This document shows, in pieces, positions 50,318 through 59,449 of a stretch of 62,833 nucleotides of DNA. The stretch covers positions 1 through 62,833 of the forward strand of contig JAHQWH010000009.1 in NCBI GenBank assembly GCA_029856105.1, written 5' to 3'. Within the stretch, counting starts at the first letter, position 1. Every line of letters starts with the position of its first letter. This stretch comes from Promethearchaeia archaeon (GTDB taxonomy: Archaea > Asgardarchaeota > Lokiarchaeia > Sigyniarchaeales > SOKP01). The notes beneath the pieces were generated by a model. The model was given only the letters and a program-made list of their open reading frames with translations, did not search any database and had not been told where the DNA came from. The position numbers were made by a program, and so were the translations under genes.

Positions 50318-52738
50318 GTGTTTGACATGAGCGAAGAAAAACTAGCAATACATAAAAGAAAAGTAGAAGCGATCTCTGAAATGGTTAGAAATGCGTACGA
50401 TAACGCGAAGCCGGGGGAATATTTCTCTCTAAAAAAGGCGAGTGTTTCCCACATGGCTCCACAGCCGGATAACCCGGTCTATAGCGACAAGCCGATAGAC
50501 GTGAGGTCACTTACAGACATTATTGAGATAAACACGGATACAAGGACATGTATTGCAGAAGCAGGGGTTACTTTTGTTAGGCTTGCAAGAGAAACATTAA
50601 AGTATGGGCTCGTACCGCAATGCGTTTCCGAGCTCAAGGGAATCACGATAGGCGGGGCAGTAGCAGGATGTTCAGTTGAATCCATGTCTTTCAAGTATGG
50701 GGGATTTTTCGATTCCTGTGAAGAAATAGAGATTGTGACAGGAACAGGTGACATAATGTTATGCACGAAAAGTGATAACCATGAAATATTCGAGATGCTG
50801 CACGGGAGTTTCGGCACGATTGCAATCATCACGCTCCTGAAGTTCAAGCTCGTTCCAGCAAAAGAGTGCGTCCGCATCGATTACATCCGTTACGATACTT
50901 TTAGTGAATACATGGAAGCTATCAAGCAACACTACGAAAAGCAGGATATTGAAATGATGGACGGGCTTATCTTCTCCGAGAATATGAACGTACTCTGCGT
51001 TGCCAGCTTCGTTGATGAGGAGGAAGCTCCTTACAAGAGTGAATATTTCTACGATATTTATTACAAAAGTGCGATGAAAAAAAAGCGAGACTTCCTCTCC
51101 ACCATAGACTATTTTTTCAGGTATGATGCAGATTGCCACTGGTCGATACGGAATGTTGCTGGAGGAATTTTTGAGAATAAAGTAGTCCGGTGGTTAGTAG
51201 GGCCCTTTATACTTGGATCGACAAATATTCTTAAGATCAGCGAACGATTGCCATTTTTAACTAAGAAGGGGGGAGAACCGGACGTGATTATTGATGTCTT
51301 CATACCAATCACTCACGCGGAAGAATTTTTCAATTGGTACCTGGAGTTATTTGATTACTTCCCGGTTTGGATCGTCCCTTACCGCATGCAAAAAAATAAA
51401 CTAGATGGGTACAAGTTCTACCCGTGGCTCAATCAAGACATGATCGCTCCCATCGAGGATGAGCTATTCATAGATTTTGCCATCTACGGGTTCGAGCAAA
51501 AAAGAAAGGGATTTAACTTCTATAAAGCGCTAGAAGAAAAGGTTCATGAGCTCAGGGGAATGAAAACCTTGATAACTCACAATTTCTACGAGGAAGACCA
51601 GTTCTGGAAGGTATATAACAAGAAATTTTACGATAAAGTGAAAGAACGAACGGATCCCAAGAACCTATTTCGACACTTGTACGAAAAGACGAATTATAAG
51701 AAAAAGACTGAAAAGACGAAAAGACTGAAGGTAGGTATCCCACGTTCCCTGTATTTCTACAAGTATTTTCCATTATGGGAAGGAATGCTTACAAGTCTTG
51801 GTTGCGAAGTTATTGTGAGTCCAGAAACAAACAAAGAAATTCTTACCAACGGATCTAATCAATCTGCAACCGATTTATGCATTCCAGTCAAGATTCATTA
51901 TGGTCATGTGAATTATTTATCGAGAAATCACCCCGATCTAGATTTTATATTTGTTCCAAGACTCATTAGTAAGAGTAATGATCATTATTATTGTCCGAAA
52001 TTCCTGATCCTTCCAGATGTCACTCAACACTCAGCAGTTTCTAATATTCCCGTTATTGAATGGATTTTTAATGCCAGGGAATATTCAATGATGCAATCAG
52101 CAATAGATTTTGGAAAAACATTAGATAAATCAAAAGAAGAATCAAAACTTGCGTATGAGAATGGATATAAAAAACTTGAAGAATTCCATGAGTTGATTGA
52201 GGATGGAATTCTTGTTCCTGATGCACTTTACAAAATGTATCCTTTTGAAAAATATCCAAATTATAAGTTTAAGAAAAGATTTCAACCTAAACTTAACAAA
52301 GATTATGAAAAATATCCACTTTCATTAATGGTTCTTGGTCATCCATACAATACTTATGAATCAATTATTAATCATGGATTAATGGATATTCTCAAAACCA
52401 ATTTTGTTGATGTTGTAACTGTTGAAAATGCTCCAAAGGAAATCTTCTCAAGAAGAGTTGAAATTGATGATAATTTTTGCAATTTCTGGGATAATGAAGA
52501 TGAATTGATTCAATTATCTGATTATGTTATCCATAATGAAGAGATTGATGGGGGTATTTTCTTAATCAGCTTTGCGTGCGGTCCTGATTCTTTAATTCAA
52601 GAATTGGTAATGCAGGATTTTGACATGAAAGATAAGCCTTTTATTAATCTCACATTAGATGAACACACTGGAGAATCTCAAATAACTACAAGAGTAGAAT
52701 CTTTTATCGAAATGATAAGGAGGAAGAAATACAAGTGA
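50318..52738 (+). CDS. Fusion: FAD-binding PCMH oxidoreductase (DHCR24 / TmsA-BfaA-like) + DUF2229-type subunit
   Basis: ELKGITIGGAVAGCSVESMSFKYG, GSFGT, FRYD, DPKNLFRHLYEK; then KVGIPRSL, CIPVK, CPKF, SFACGPD, DEHTGE. Confidence 0.85.
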   Translation: MFDMSEEKLAIHKRKVEAISEMVRNAYDNAKPGEYFSLKKASVSHMAPQPDNPVYSDKPIDVRSLTDIIEINTDTRTCIAEAGVTFVRLARETLKYGLVPQCVSELKGITIGGAVAGCSVESMSFKYGGFFDSCEEIEIVTGTGDIMLCTKSDNHEIFEMLHGSFGTIAIITLLKFKLVPAKECVRIDYIRYDTFSEYMEAIKQHYEKQDIEMMDGLIFSENMNVLCVASFVDEEEAPYKSEYFYDIYYKSAMKKKRDFLSTIDYFFRYDADCHWSIRNVAGGIFENKVVRWLVGPFILGSTNILKISERLPFLTKKGGEPDVIIDVFIPITHAEEFFNWYLELFDYFPVWIVPYRMQKNKLDGYKFYPWLNQDMIAPIEDELFIDFAIYGFEQKRKGFNFYKALEEKVHELRGMKTLITHNFYEEDQFWKVYNKKFYDKVKERTDPKNLFRHLYEKTNYKKKTEKTKRLKVGIPRSLYFYKYFPLWEGMLTSLGCEVIVSPETNKEILTNGSNQSATDLCIPVKIHYGHVNYLSRNHPDLDFIFVPRLISKSNDHYYCPKFLILPDVTQHSAVSNIPVIEWIFNAREYSMMQSAIDFGKTLDKSKEESKLAYENGYKKLEEFHELIEDGILVPDALYKMYPFEKYPNYKFKKRFQPKLNKDYEKYPLSLMVLGHPYNTYESIINHGLMDILKTNFVDVVTVENAPKEIFSRRVEIDDNFCNFWDNEDELIQLSDYVIHNEEIDGGIFLISFACGPDSLIQELVMQDFDMKDKPFINLTLDEHTGESQITTRVESFIEMIRRKKYK

Positions 52739-53766
52739 ATGAACCAGAATTTTTCAAGAATATTCTTTCAGATGATGTGGATGACAAGTTATATCTAGGA
52801 ATCGATGTCGGAAGTGTCTCCACGAAATGTGCAATAATTAATGAGAGAAATGAATTATTGTATGCTACCTGGACCAGAAATGATGGTTCTCCCATTGTTT
52901 CTACACAAGAAAATCTAAAATACATGGAAGAAGTCCTTCCTGATAACATCGAGAGAAATATTTGTGGTGTTGGGACAACAGGTTCTGCTAGGTATTTAAT
53001 AAAAGCTCTTATCGGTGCAGATATAGCAAAACCTGAAATAATTGCTCATGCAATTGGAGCTTCAACTTATACCCCGGATGTAAGGACGATATTAGAAATA
53101 GGGGGACAGGATAGTAAAGTTATCCTAATGAAAAATGGCATCGTAACAGACTTCAACATGAACAGCGTCTGTGCTGCAGGTACAGGATCTTTTCTAGATC
53201 ACCAAGCAGTTCGGATCAAGGTTCCAATTGAAGAATTTGGGGATTATGCTCTTCGGGCAGAAGAGGAGGTTTCAATTGCAGGACGATGCACAGTTTTTGC
53301 CGAATCTGATATGATCAGTAAACAACAAGAAGGATATTCTAAAGAATCAATTATCAAGGGATTGTGTAAAGCTCTTGTTAGAAACTACTTGAATAATGTT
53401 TGCAAGGGTAAAAAAATGTATCCTCCCTTCGTATTCCAGGGAGGAGTTGCAGCAAATTCCGGAATAAAAAATGCTTTTGAAGAAGAATTGGGGTATGAAG
53501 TCATTATTCATGAAAACTATTACGTGATGGGAGCATTTGGTTCAGCCATTTTGGCAAAGGAACATGTAAATGGACAGATATCTTCTTTTCATGGCCTAAA
53601 AGTTAGTGAAATGAACTTGGCTCAAGGTTCATTTGTCTGTCCTGATTGTGCAAATAGATGTACAATTAAATACCTTGTCAGGAAAGAAGATAAAAGTAGA
53701 GTAACTGGAAGAGAAAAGGATGATGCGATATTTGCACGATGGAATAGTAGGTGCGGTAAATGGTAA
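52735..53766 (+). CDS. Acyl-CoA dehydratase activase (BadF/BadG/BcrA/BcrD ATPase, Fe-S)
   Basis: GIDVGSVSTK, TTGSAR, EIGGQDSK, CAAGTG, RCTVFAES, CPDCANRC. Confidence 0.93.
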   Translation: MNEPEFFKNILSDDVDDKLYLGIDVGSVSTKCAIINERNELLYATWTRNDGSPIVSTQENLKYMEEVLPDNIERNICGVGTTGSARYLIKALIGADIAKPEIIAHAIGASTYTPDVRTILEIGGQDSKVILMKNGIVTDFNMNSVCAAGTGSFLDHQAVRIKVPIEEFGDYALRAEEEVSIAGRCTVFAESDMISKQQEGYSKESIIKGLCKALVRNYLNNVCKGKKMYPPFVFQGGVAANSGIKNAFEEELGYEVIIHENYYVMGAFGSAILAKEHVNGQISSFHGLKVSEMNLAQGSFVCPDCANRCTIKYLVRKEDKSRVTGREKDDAIFARWNSRCGKW

Positions 53767-55094
53767 ATGTTAGAGTTTCATTTTCACGAATGGGTTGGAG
53801 CTATATTTTTTTCAAAGGTTTATTCCATGATCTTCCTGGTATTGAAGTTGTTGAACCCCCTCTAGTAAACACTGAAATCGTTAGTGAAGGAGTCAAAGTT
53901 TCTCCTGAATTCGTTTGTTTTCCATTTAAAGTCATTCTTGGTGAAATGATAAACCTTTATCGTAATTATGATGTTAAAGATTTTGCGATGATTGCTGACT
54001 ACGGCCCTTGTCGAGCAGGAATGTATGGTGTTGTCCAGAAAAGAATCCTGAAAAACATGGGATTCAAGGATGTTAGAATGTTTTATCTGCGCCAAGATGA
54101 TTTTCGAACTCTTGAATGGCTAAGGATATTTCGTGATTTAGAAAAAAGAACAGGAAAAAAATTTGATGACTATAAAGTTTTAAGAAACACACTCTTGTTC
54201 TTGGCCAAAGCATACTATGTTGAAAGAATAAGCCATATTGAAGGACTTGTTAGATGTCGAGAAAAAAACAAATCAATGACTACCAAAGTAGTTCATACTT
54301 TGATGAATTTACTTGATAACGAAAATAATTTGATGAAATTATCTAATTTTGATAGAACGATAGATGAAAATTTTCGCAAGATTCCTATTGACAAGGAAAT
54401 GGAACCTTTGAGGGTTTGTTATACTGGGGAAATCCAAGTCATGTTGGAGAAATGGGTTAATTATGATCTGATGGGAGAATTAGGCGTCATGGGTATCGAG
54501 GTTCACAAGCAGTATGATGTCTTTGATTGGGTCATGCACAAACTTAACGCCAGCAAACGAAGAAGACGGCTTGAACATAGTGCAAGAAAGTATATTCCAA
54601 TGGATTGCGGTGGAGAAGCGCAGTGGAACATGGGAAGTTATCTTGAGTCTCAAGAAAAAGGTTTTGATGGTTTTGTCCATATATTCCCATTTACTTGCCT
54701 CCCCGAAATATCCCTCATGGGAATGTTAGAAGCTGAGAAAAACATGGACAAGTTTTACATGCCCCACATTCATATTAGTCTTGATGGAAGTTCTGGTTTT
54801 GAAGGACTTAGAACAAGAATCGAGGCATTTCACGATTTAATGGTTGGCAACAAGAAAACTAATCCCTTGTTTAGAGATGCCAAGTATGTGGTCCCGGATG
54901 AAGTAAAAAATATATATTTTAAGCCGAAATCCAATTTTGAATATTTCCTGTCTAGTATTGAAACCCCCATGTCAAAGGTTTTAACAATGCTGAATCCATC
55001 AAAGAAATTAGATGTAGGATTCACCGTTAAGAATGGACTCGAGTTTTTTTCAAGAAATTCGTTTTTTGGTATCGGATCTCTTTTTAACCTTTGA
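53760..55094 (+). CDS. 2-hydroxyacyl-CoA dehydratase-like / PlsR-like subunit (intron-less paralog of 59450)
   Basis: SPEFVCFPFK, GPCRAG, GEI, GGEAQW, PFTCLPE, TRIEAF. Confidence 0.85.
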   Translation: MVNVRVSFSRMGWSYIFFKGLFHDLPGIEVVEPPLVNTEIVSEGVKVSPEFVCFPFKVILGEMINLYRNYDVKDFAMIADYGPCRAGMYGVVQKRILKNMGFKDVRMFYLRQDDFRTLEWLRIFRDLEKRTGKKFDDYKVLRNTLLFLAKAYYVERISHIEGLVRCREKNKSMTTKVVHTLMNLLDNENNLMKLSNFDRTIDENFRKIPIDKEMEPLRVCYTGEIQVMLEKWVNYDLMGELGVMGIEVHKQYDVFDWVMHKLNASKRRRRLEHSARKYIPMDCGGEAQWNMGSYLESQEKGFDGFVHIFPFTCLPEISLMGMLEAEKNMDKFYMPHIHISLDGSSGFEGLRTRIEAFHDLMVGNKKTNPLFRDAKYVVPDEVKNIYFKPKSNFEYFLSSIETPMSKVLTMLNPSKKLDVGFTVKNGLEFFSRNSFFGIGSLFNL

Positions 55095-55110
55095 GAGGCT
55101 TAAGGCAAAA

Positions 55111-55563
55111 CTACTTTCGCAACGAAAAGTAAACCTTCAACAGCACCAAGCTCCAGAAAACGGTCCAAACGCTAATTATTAAAGGCATAATGTCATTTGC
55201 AGAAATCGAGTAAAGAAATCTCGTAAAGGCATAATAGGTGGCGTAGACGCTGCAAGTAGCAATAAAAATTATCAAAGGGACGATAACAAAAGCTAAATCG
55301 GCTTTAAAGTGTTTTAACTGACTACTTTTAGGTTTTGTTTTTTTACGAGTTGCTAAATTAAGCGTTTTCTTTTTCAAATATTTAACCGTAAAAACTATTC
55401 CAAGCGCGAACAACCCCGATAAAAGGACGGTAAGGAAGAAATAAAACGCTACTAAGGTCGGTTGCTGCTCGAGTAAGACGTTTAAGCATTGGTAAGGCAC
55501 GAAATAGCCGAACGCTAAAAAGCCAAAAACAATGGTAAAAATTACTAGCGGAAAATACAGCAA
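55111..55563 (-). CDS. Four-TM membrane protein, possibly 5'-truncated
   Basis: Hydrophobic segments; overlaps the start of the divergent ORF. Confidence 0.6.
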   Translation of the reverse strand: MLYFPLVIFTIVFGFLAFGYFVPYQCLNVLLEQQPTLVAFYFFLTVLLSGLFALGIVFTVKYLKKKTLNLATRKKTKPKSSQLKHFKADLAFVIVPLIIFIATCSVYATYYAFTRFLYSISANDIMPLIISVWTVFWSLVLLKVYFSLRK

Positions 55564-58500
55564 ATGTTTTAGTTGTATTGATCTTAGTGCAAACCCGATT
55601 CGATTTACTAAGTTGCACGCCCTGCTCGGCGAGCTTACGCTTACGCTTACGGTACCTTTAAACGCGAAGTTAGCGAATATTTTAAACGCTCTTTATTTCG
55701 AGATTCAGCGCGTAGAAAGTGAGCCCGATAGTTCGGGTTGCTCCTATTACGTCGTTTTCCAGTTTAATATCGAGAAGTACCGCTCGATCGACGACCTTCG
55801 AGACCTCACCTCGGAACAGGTAAATAAGATCGCCACCGCGCAAGCGATAGAAGCTTCTATTCTCGAGTACAATTACCAATTTAACCTCGCAGTTCAGACT
55901 CAGATGAGCTACCACGAGCTATTTTACACCGGGATAGTTACGGCTGTATCCACTGCTATTACTATGGGTGCTACTTTAGGCGTCGGAAAGGTAGTTGAAT
56001 TAGCAGGAAGCCTAACAGGTACCGCTGCGAAAGAGTTGAGCAAGTCCGCTTCGAAAACGCTTTTGGGCCTTTTACAACCCACCGCTGGGTTTAGCTCTTG
56101 GGGCGTATTGTATACCGTGGCTAAAGAGATCGGTCAAGAAGTATTAATAGACCCTTGGATCGAGAGCGCGGTTTCTGGAATGGTTAGGCGCGCGGGAGGG
56201 GACGCTATGCTACAGATGGTGCTCAGTTCGGTCGCGGAGAGCTTGAGAGAAACGCTCACCGGACCTTTTACTAACCTATTTAGCTCCCAGCAATCTGAAG
56301 GCGCGTCTTTATACGAGCAACTCGACGCTAAATATTTCTCAAGCGGTTTAAAACCAACGGTCCAAGACGTTCTCACTGTTTTTAACGAGTACAGAACGGA
56401 AATTGAAGTGCAAATAGAACAACATAGAGGTGATCTGAAATTGCTCGGTGGAGCCACGAGAGCTATTAGTTTTGTGTCAATAGCTTTAGGTTTTACCGCT
56501 TCGCAATTTCTCGGACCCATTAGCGCCTTAGTGTACTCAACGCTTGCAACCTATTGCTTCTCAGAAGACATTTCGCTTAAAGACGCGTTCAAGCAAGCTT
56601 TTAGCCCTATTAAAGCGGCTATAAGCAATAGTAAAATCGGAGACTATGTGCAAAACAACAAAAAGAAAGTGTTAGGTCTTGTCGGTATTGGCGCGCTGTC
56701 GGCTACAATGACGGGATTGCAAGTATTATTACCCTCTTTAAACCTTCTCTGGAGCTTTCTACCCGGAGTAGGCGTGCCGATAACGATAGGGATGGTTCAA
56801 AATAAAAAATTAGATTCTAAAGAGGAGATAGTCCATTATAACAGATGGTTAACAGATCGTATAAAGTCTTACTTAGACAACCTTCCTAATAGGATTAATT
56901 ATTTATTTGATCCATATAAAGCTTTTACAAAGATGGGCAGTCTTCTCGGTCAGAAGGATTCTTACTTCCTCGAGCAAAGACGGTTGAAATGGGCTAAGAG
57001 AGTTTTAGCTCAGACAGTACTCGATACTATGAGTTCAAGTTTGAAGCAGAAAATTGAAGAGTGGTCTGGCGAGTTTCCACAATTAGAAGAAGATTTATTC
57101 AAAGTTTACTCTGATCTGATTAGTTTTGTTGACGATTATCAAAGAATCTTAAATCCTAAACCTTCTCCACGGTATCAGATGTATAATCACCATCCAAATT
57201 TCAATAGAAATTTCTTCTCTGAGATTACGACCGCTGAACAAGCATACTGGCTTGGATTTATAGCAGCTGATGGTTATATTAGTGTAGAGCACAAAAAATA
57301 TGGAGATTATTATCGTATGGGCATAGGGATATCTACCAAGGACGAAACTGAATTTGGTCTTTTGACGAAGTTTTGTAAAGCTGTAGGACTAAATCCAAAA
57401 TATATAAGCACTAGACCAGTTCGTTGCGATTTTACGGGGAAAGATAGTTTAATTAGCGAGATAAGATGGGGCGATCAAGAATTTGCTCAAGACCTTATTG
57501 ACCTCGGCATAGAGTATGATTTCGTCGAATCCAAAGGGAGGAGAGTGAAAGTAGCAACATTGCCTGAATTCGCCAGCAGAGAATTAGCTTTAGCTTATCT
57601 TTTAGGATTCTACGATGGAGATGGTTCAAAAGGTTTAAATAGCCAAGATAAGAGTATTTATCCCACAGTTTCTTCTGAAAACAGAGAATTCTTGTATCAA
57701 TTAAAGAATTACTTTGGAATTAAAAGCAAAGTAACAAAAGCTACCGTTGAAAGATATGATCACAGAAGGGATATTATTGTAAGAAGTACCCAGCACAGGC
57801 TCTACTTGGAAATACCTCTCTTTAAAGAAATGATGGAAAATTATGGAAACAGTCTAGAAAGGAAAAGAGAAAAGCTCGAACGACTCGATCATTATGGAGT
57901 GTCTTCCACTCGGTATTTCTTAAGACAAGTTCTTAAAAGGGATTTATTAGAAGCAATGTTAGAGATTATATCTCCTAATAAGATTGGTAAGATTTTAGGC
58001 GTAAAAGGTGAGACAATAGCTAGGTTTGCTCGAGACGAGTATGGGCTTTCAATCCCAAAGACTGCAGGTGAGTATCAATCGATTCAACATTCACTTAGAA
58101 ATTTAAGAGTAGATTCTGAGTATTACGCAGATTATTTCCACTATACAAACTTCCTTGGTGGCTTAAGACGTGGTTCACAGGGATTATTTGGGGATTTTAA
58201 TTTTAGATTACATGAATACTACGATACAGAGTTAATTAAAGAGCTAGTGAGTCAGGGTATCAAAGTCGACGAAACCAAATCGGTAGCTTTCGCTCGAAAT
58301 CGAGGAGTTGTAGATAAAAACGGAAAAGTAATAGAAAATCCTAGAATTATTTGGTTAACGCAGGGAACAGCAAGGAGAGGTCTTGACCATATTTTACTTC
58401 GTCACGGTGAGGGTGGCATCCCAAAGAAGAAATTCAGCACTATTTTTGGTATATCAGACGACGCTGAAACTATTGGCAACTTTATTTTTTACGCTATTAC

Positions 58501-58657
58501 TAAATTTCCAGTTCACTTAAAATTACCAGGAGCTGGGGGACGGTCTACACTTTATGTGTATCAAATTCGGAGAAAAGGTGAAATTAATTATTTGAAAATT
58601 CTAGTAGACGAAGAGGGAGAAATTGTTACGGCATACCCTGATAGGAACGAAAACTAG
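55532..58657 (+). CDS. Polymorphic-toxin-like protein: hydrophobic helical region + two-motif LAGLIDADG domain + C-terminal nuclease-toxin-like tip; N-terminus probably truncated
   Basis: AYWLGFIAADG and AYLLGFYDGDG; tip IIWLTQG...GLDHILLRHG...GEIVTAYP. Confidence 0.7.
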   Translation: MVKITSGKYSKCFSCIDLSANPIRFTKLHALLGELTLTLTVPLNAKLANILNALYFEIQRVESEPDSSGCSYYVVFQFNIEKYRSIDDLRDLTSEQVNKIATAQAIEASILEYNYQFNLAVQTQMSYHELFYTGIVTAVSTAITMGATLGVGKVVELAGSLTGTAAKELSKSASKTLLGLLQPTAGFSSWGVLYTVAKEIGQEVLIDPWIESAVSGMVRRAGGDAMLQMVLSSVAESLRETLTGPFTNLFSSQQSEGASLYEQLDAKYFSSGLKPTVQDVLTVFNEYRTEIEVQIEQHRGDLKLLGGATRAISFVSIALGFTASQFLGPISALVYSTLATYCFSEDISLKDAFKQAFSPIKAAISNSKIGDYVQNNKKKVLGLVGIGALSATMTGLQVLLPSLNLLWSFLPGVGVPITIGMVQNKKLDSKEEIVHYNRWLTDRIKSYLDNLPNRINYLFDPYKAFTKMGSLLGQKDSYFLEQRRLKWAKRVLAQTVLDTMSSSLKQKIEEWSGEFPQLEEDLFKVYSDLISFVDDYQRILNPKPSPRYQMYNHHPNFNRNFFSEITTAEQAYWLGFIAADGYISVEHKKYGDYYRMGIGISTKDETEFGLLTKFCKAVGLNPKYISTRPVRCDFTGKDSLISEIRWGDQEFAQDLIDLGIEYDFVESKGRRVKVATLPEFASRELALAYLLGFYDGDGSKGLNSQDKSIYPTVSSENREFLYQLKNYFGIKSKVTKATVERYDHRRDIIVRSTQHRLYLEIPLFKEMMENYGNSLERKREKLERLDHYGVSSTRYFLRQVLKRDLLEAMLEIISPNKIGKILGVKGETIARFARDEYGLSIPKTAGEYQSIQHSLRNLRVDSEYYADYFHYTNFLGGLRRGSQGLFGDFNFRLHEYYDTELIKELVSQGIKVDETKSVAFARNRGVVDKNGKVIENPRIIWLTQGTARRGLDHILLRHGEGGIPKKKFSTIFGISDDAETIGNFIFYAITKFPVHLKLPGAGGRSTLYVYQIRRKGEINYLKILVDEEGEIVTAYPDRNEN

Positions 58658-58741
58658 AATCCCCACGCACTACCTAAATTTAAATTAGAATTGTTCTTTT
58701 TTTTTATTAATTATTAATTTAATTAGCATTTTTACGGAGTT

Positions 58742-59284
58742 TTGGTTTTGAGGGTATTTGTATCAGATGTTATCGTTAAAAAGGATAAAGATGGCTACGA
58801 TTACTACTGGGTTGTTGGAAACCTTCAGAGTGGGATGGAAGTTATTATCGACGATTATTACTTTGATCTTCGCGAGTGGATAGGTCAAAGCGTTGAAATG
58901 TTGCTGTCATTTTTGCGGTCACCTTACAGCGAGCTCCAGAGAGGTATTTGCAACAAATTATTTTTACCGTTTAAGTATTATTCCGTGGAGCTCATTGACG
59001 AGTTGTTAGAAGAGAAGGGCGTCGTCTCAACCGGCAACGAAAGAGTTGTAATCTTGACTGGTGAATTTATTGATTCCTATGCTATCCCCAAAAAATGGGC
59101 TTCTTTCACTCAACGAGACTTGTTTAGAGTTTTGTACAAGGAACCGTCTGCTCTAAAAACTGAGGACGGAGCGTTCCTTCTATACCCCTTTCATTTGCGA
59201 AAGGCAGTTCCAATAGAGAGATTTCCTCAGGAAGTAACAGTGGCGGGAAGTTTGAATTTAGAAGCCTGGATTCCAAGCCATTGA
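58742..59284 (+). CDS. Hypothetical protein, candidate immunity protein
   Basis: Directly downstream of the toxin tip; GGAG SD before TTG; no recognised family. Confidence 0.55.
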   Translation: MVLRVFVSDVIVKKDKDGYDYYWVVGNLQSGMEVIIDDYYFDLREWIGQSVEMLLSFLRSPYSELQRGICNKLFLPFKYYSVELIDELLEEKGVVSTGNERVVILTGEFIDSYAIPKKWASFTQRDLFRVLYKEPSALKTEDGAFLLYPFHLRKAVPIERFPQEVTVAGSLNLEAWIPSH

Positions 59285-59449
59285 TGTTGGCTTGGTTTTA
59301 ACCTTAACAATCTGAAAGAAACAGACTATTTAGCGAGGGATTTGGAAAATTACTTTTTTATCATACTATTGCGAATCTGTTTGTAATGGGAAAATTTTTA
59401 TTTTAAACTGTGTTATTTGATTAAATACTTAACTAGGTAAAAATACATC

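Noticed and set aside
57200-57870. LAGLIDADG domain as part of an intein or group I intron
   Set aside because: No N-terminal C/S block or C-terminal HN-C/S/T motif was seen, and no interrupted conserved host gene.
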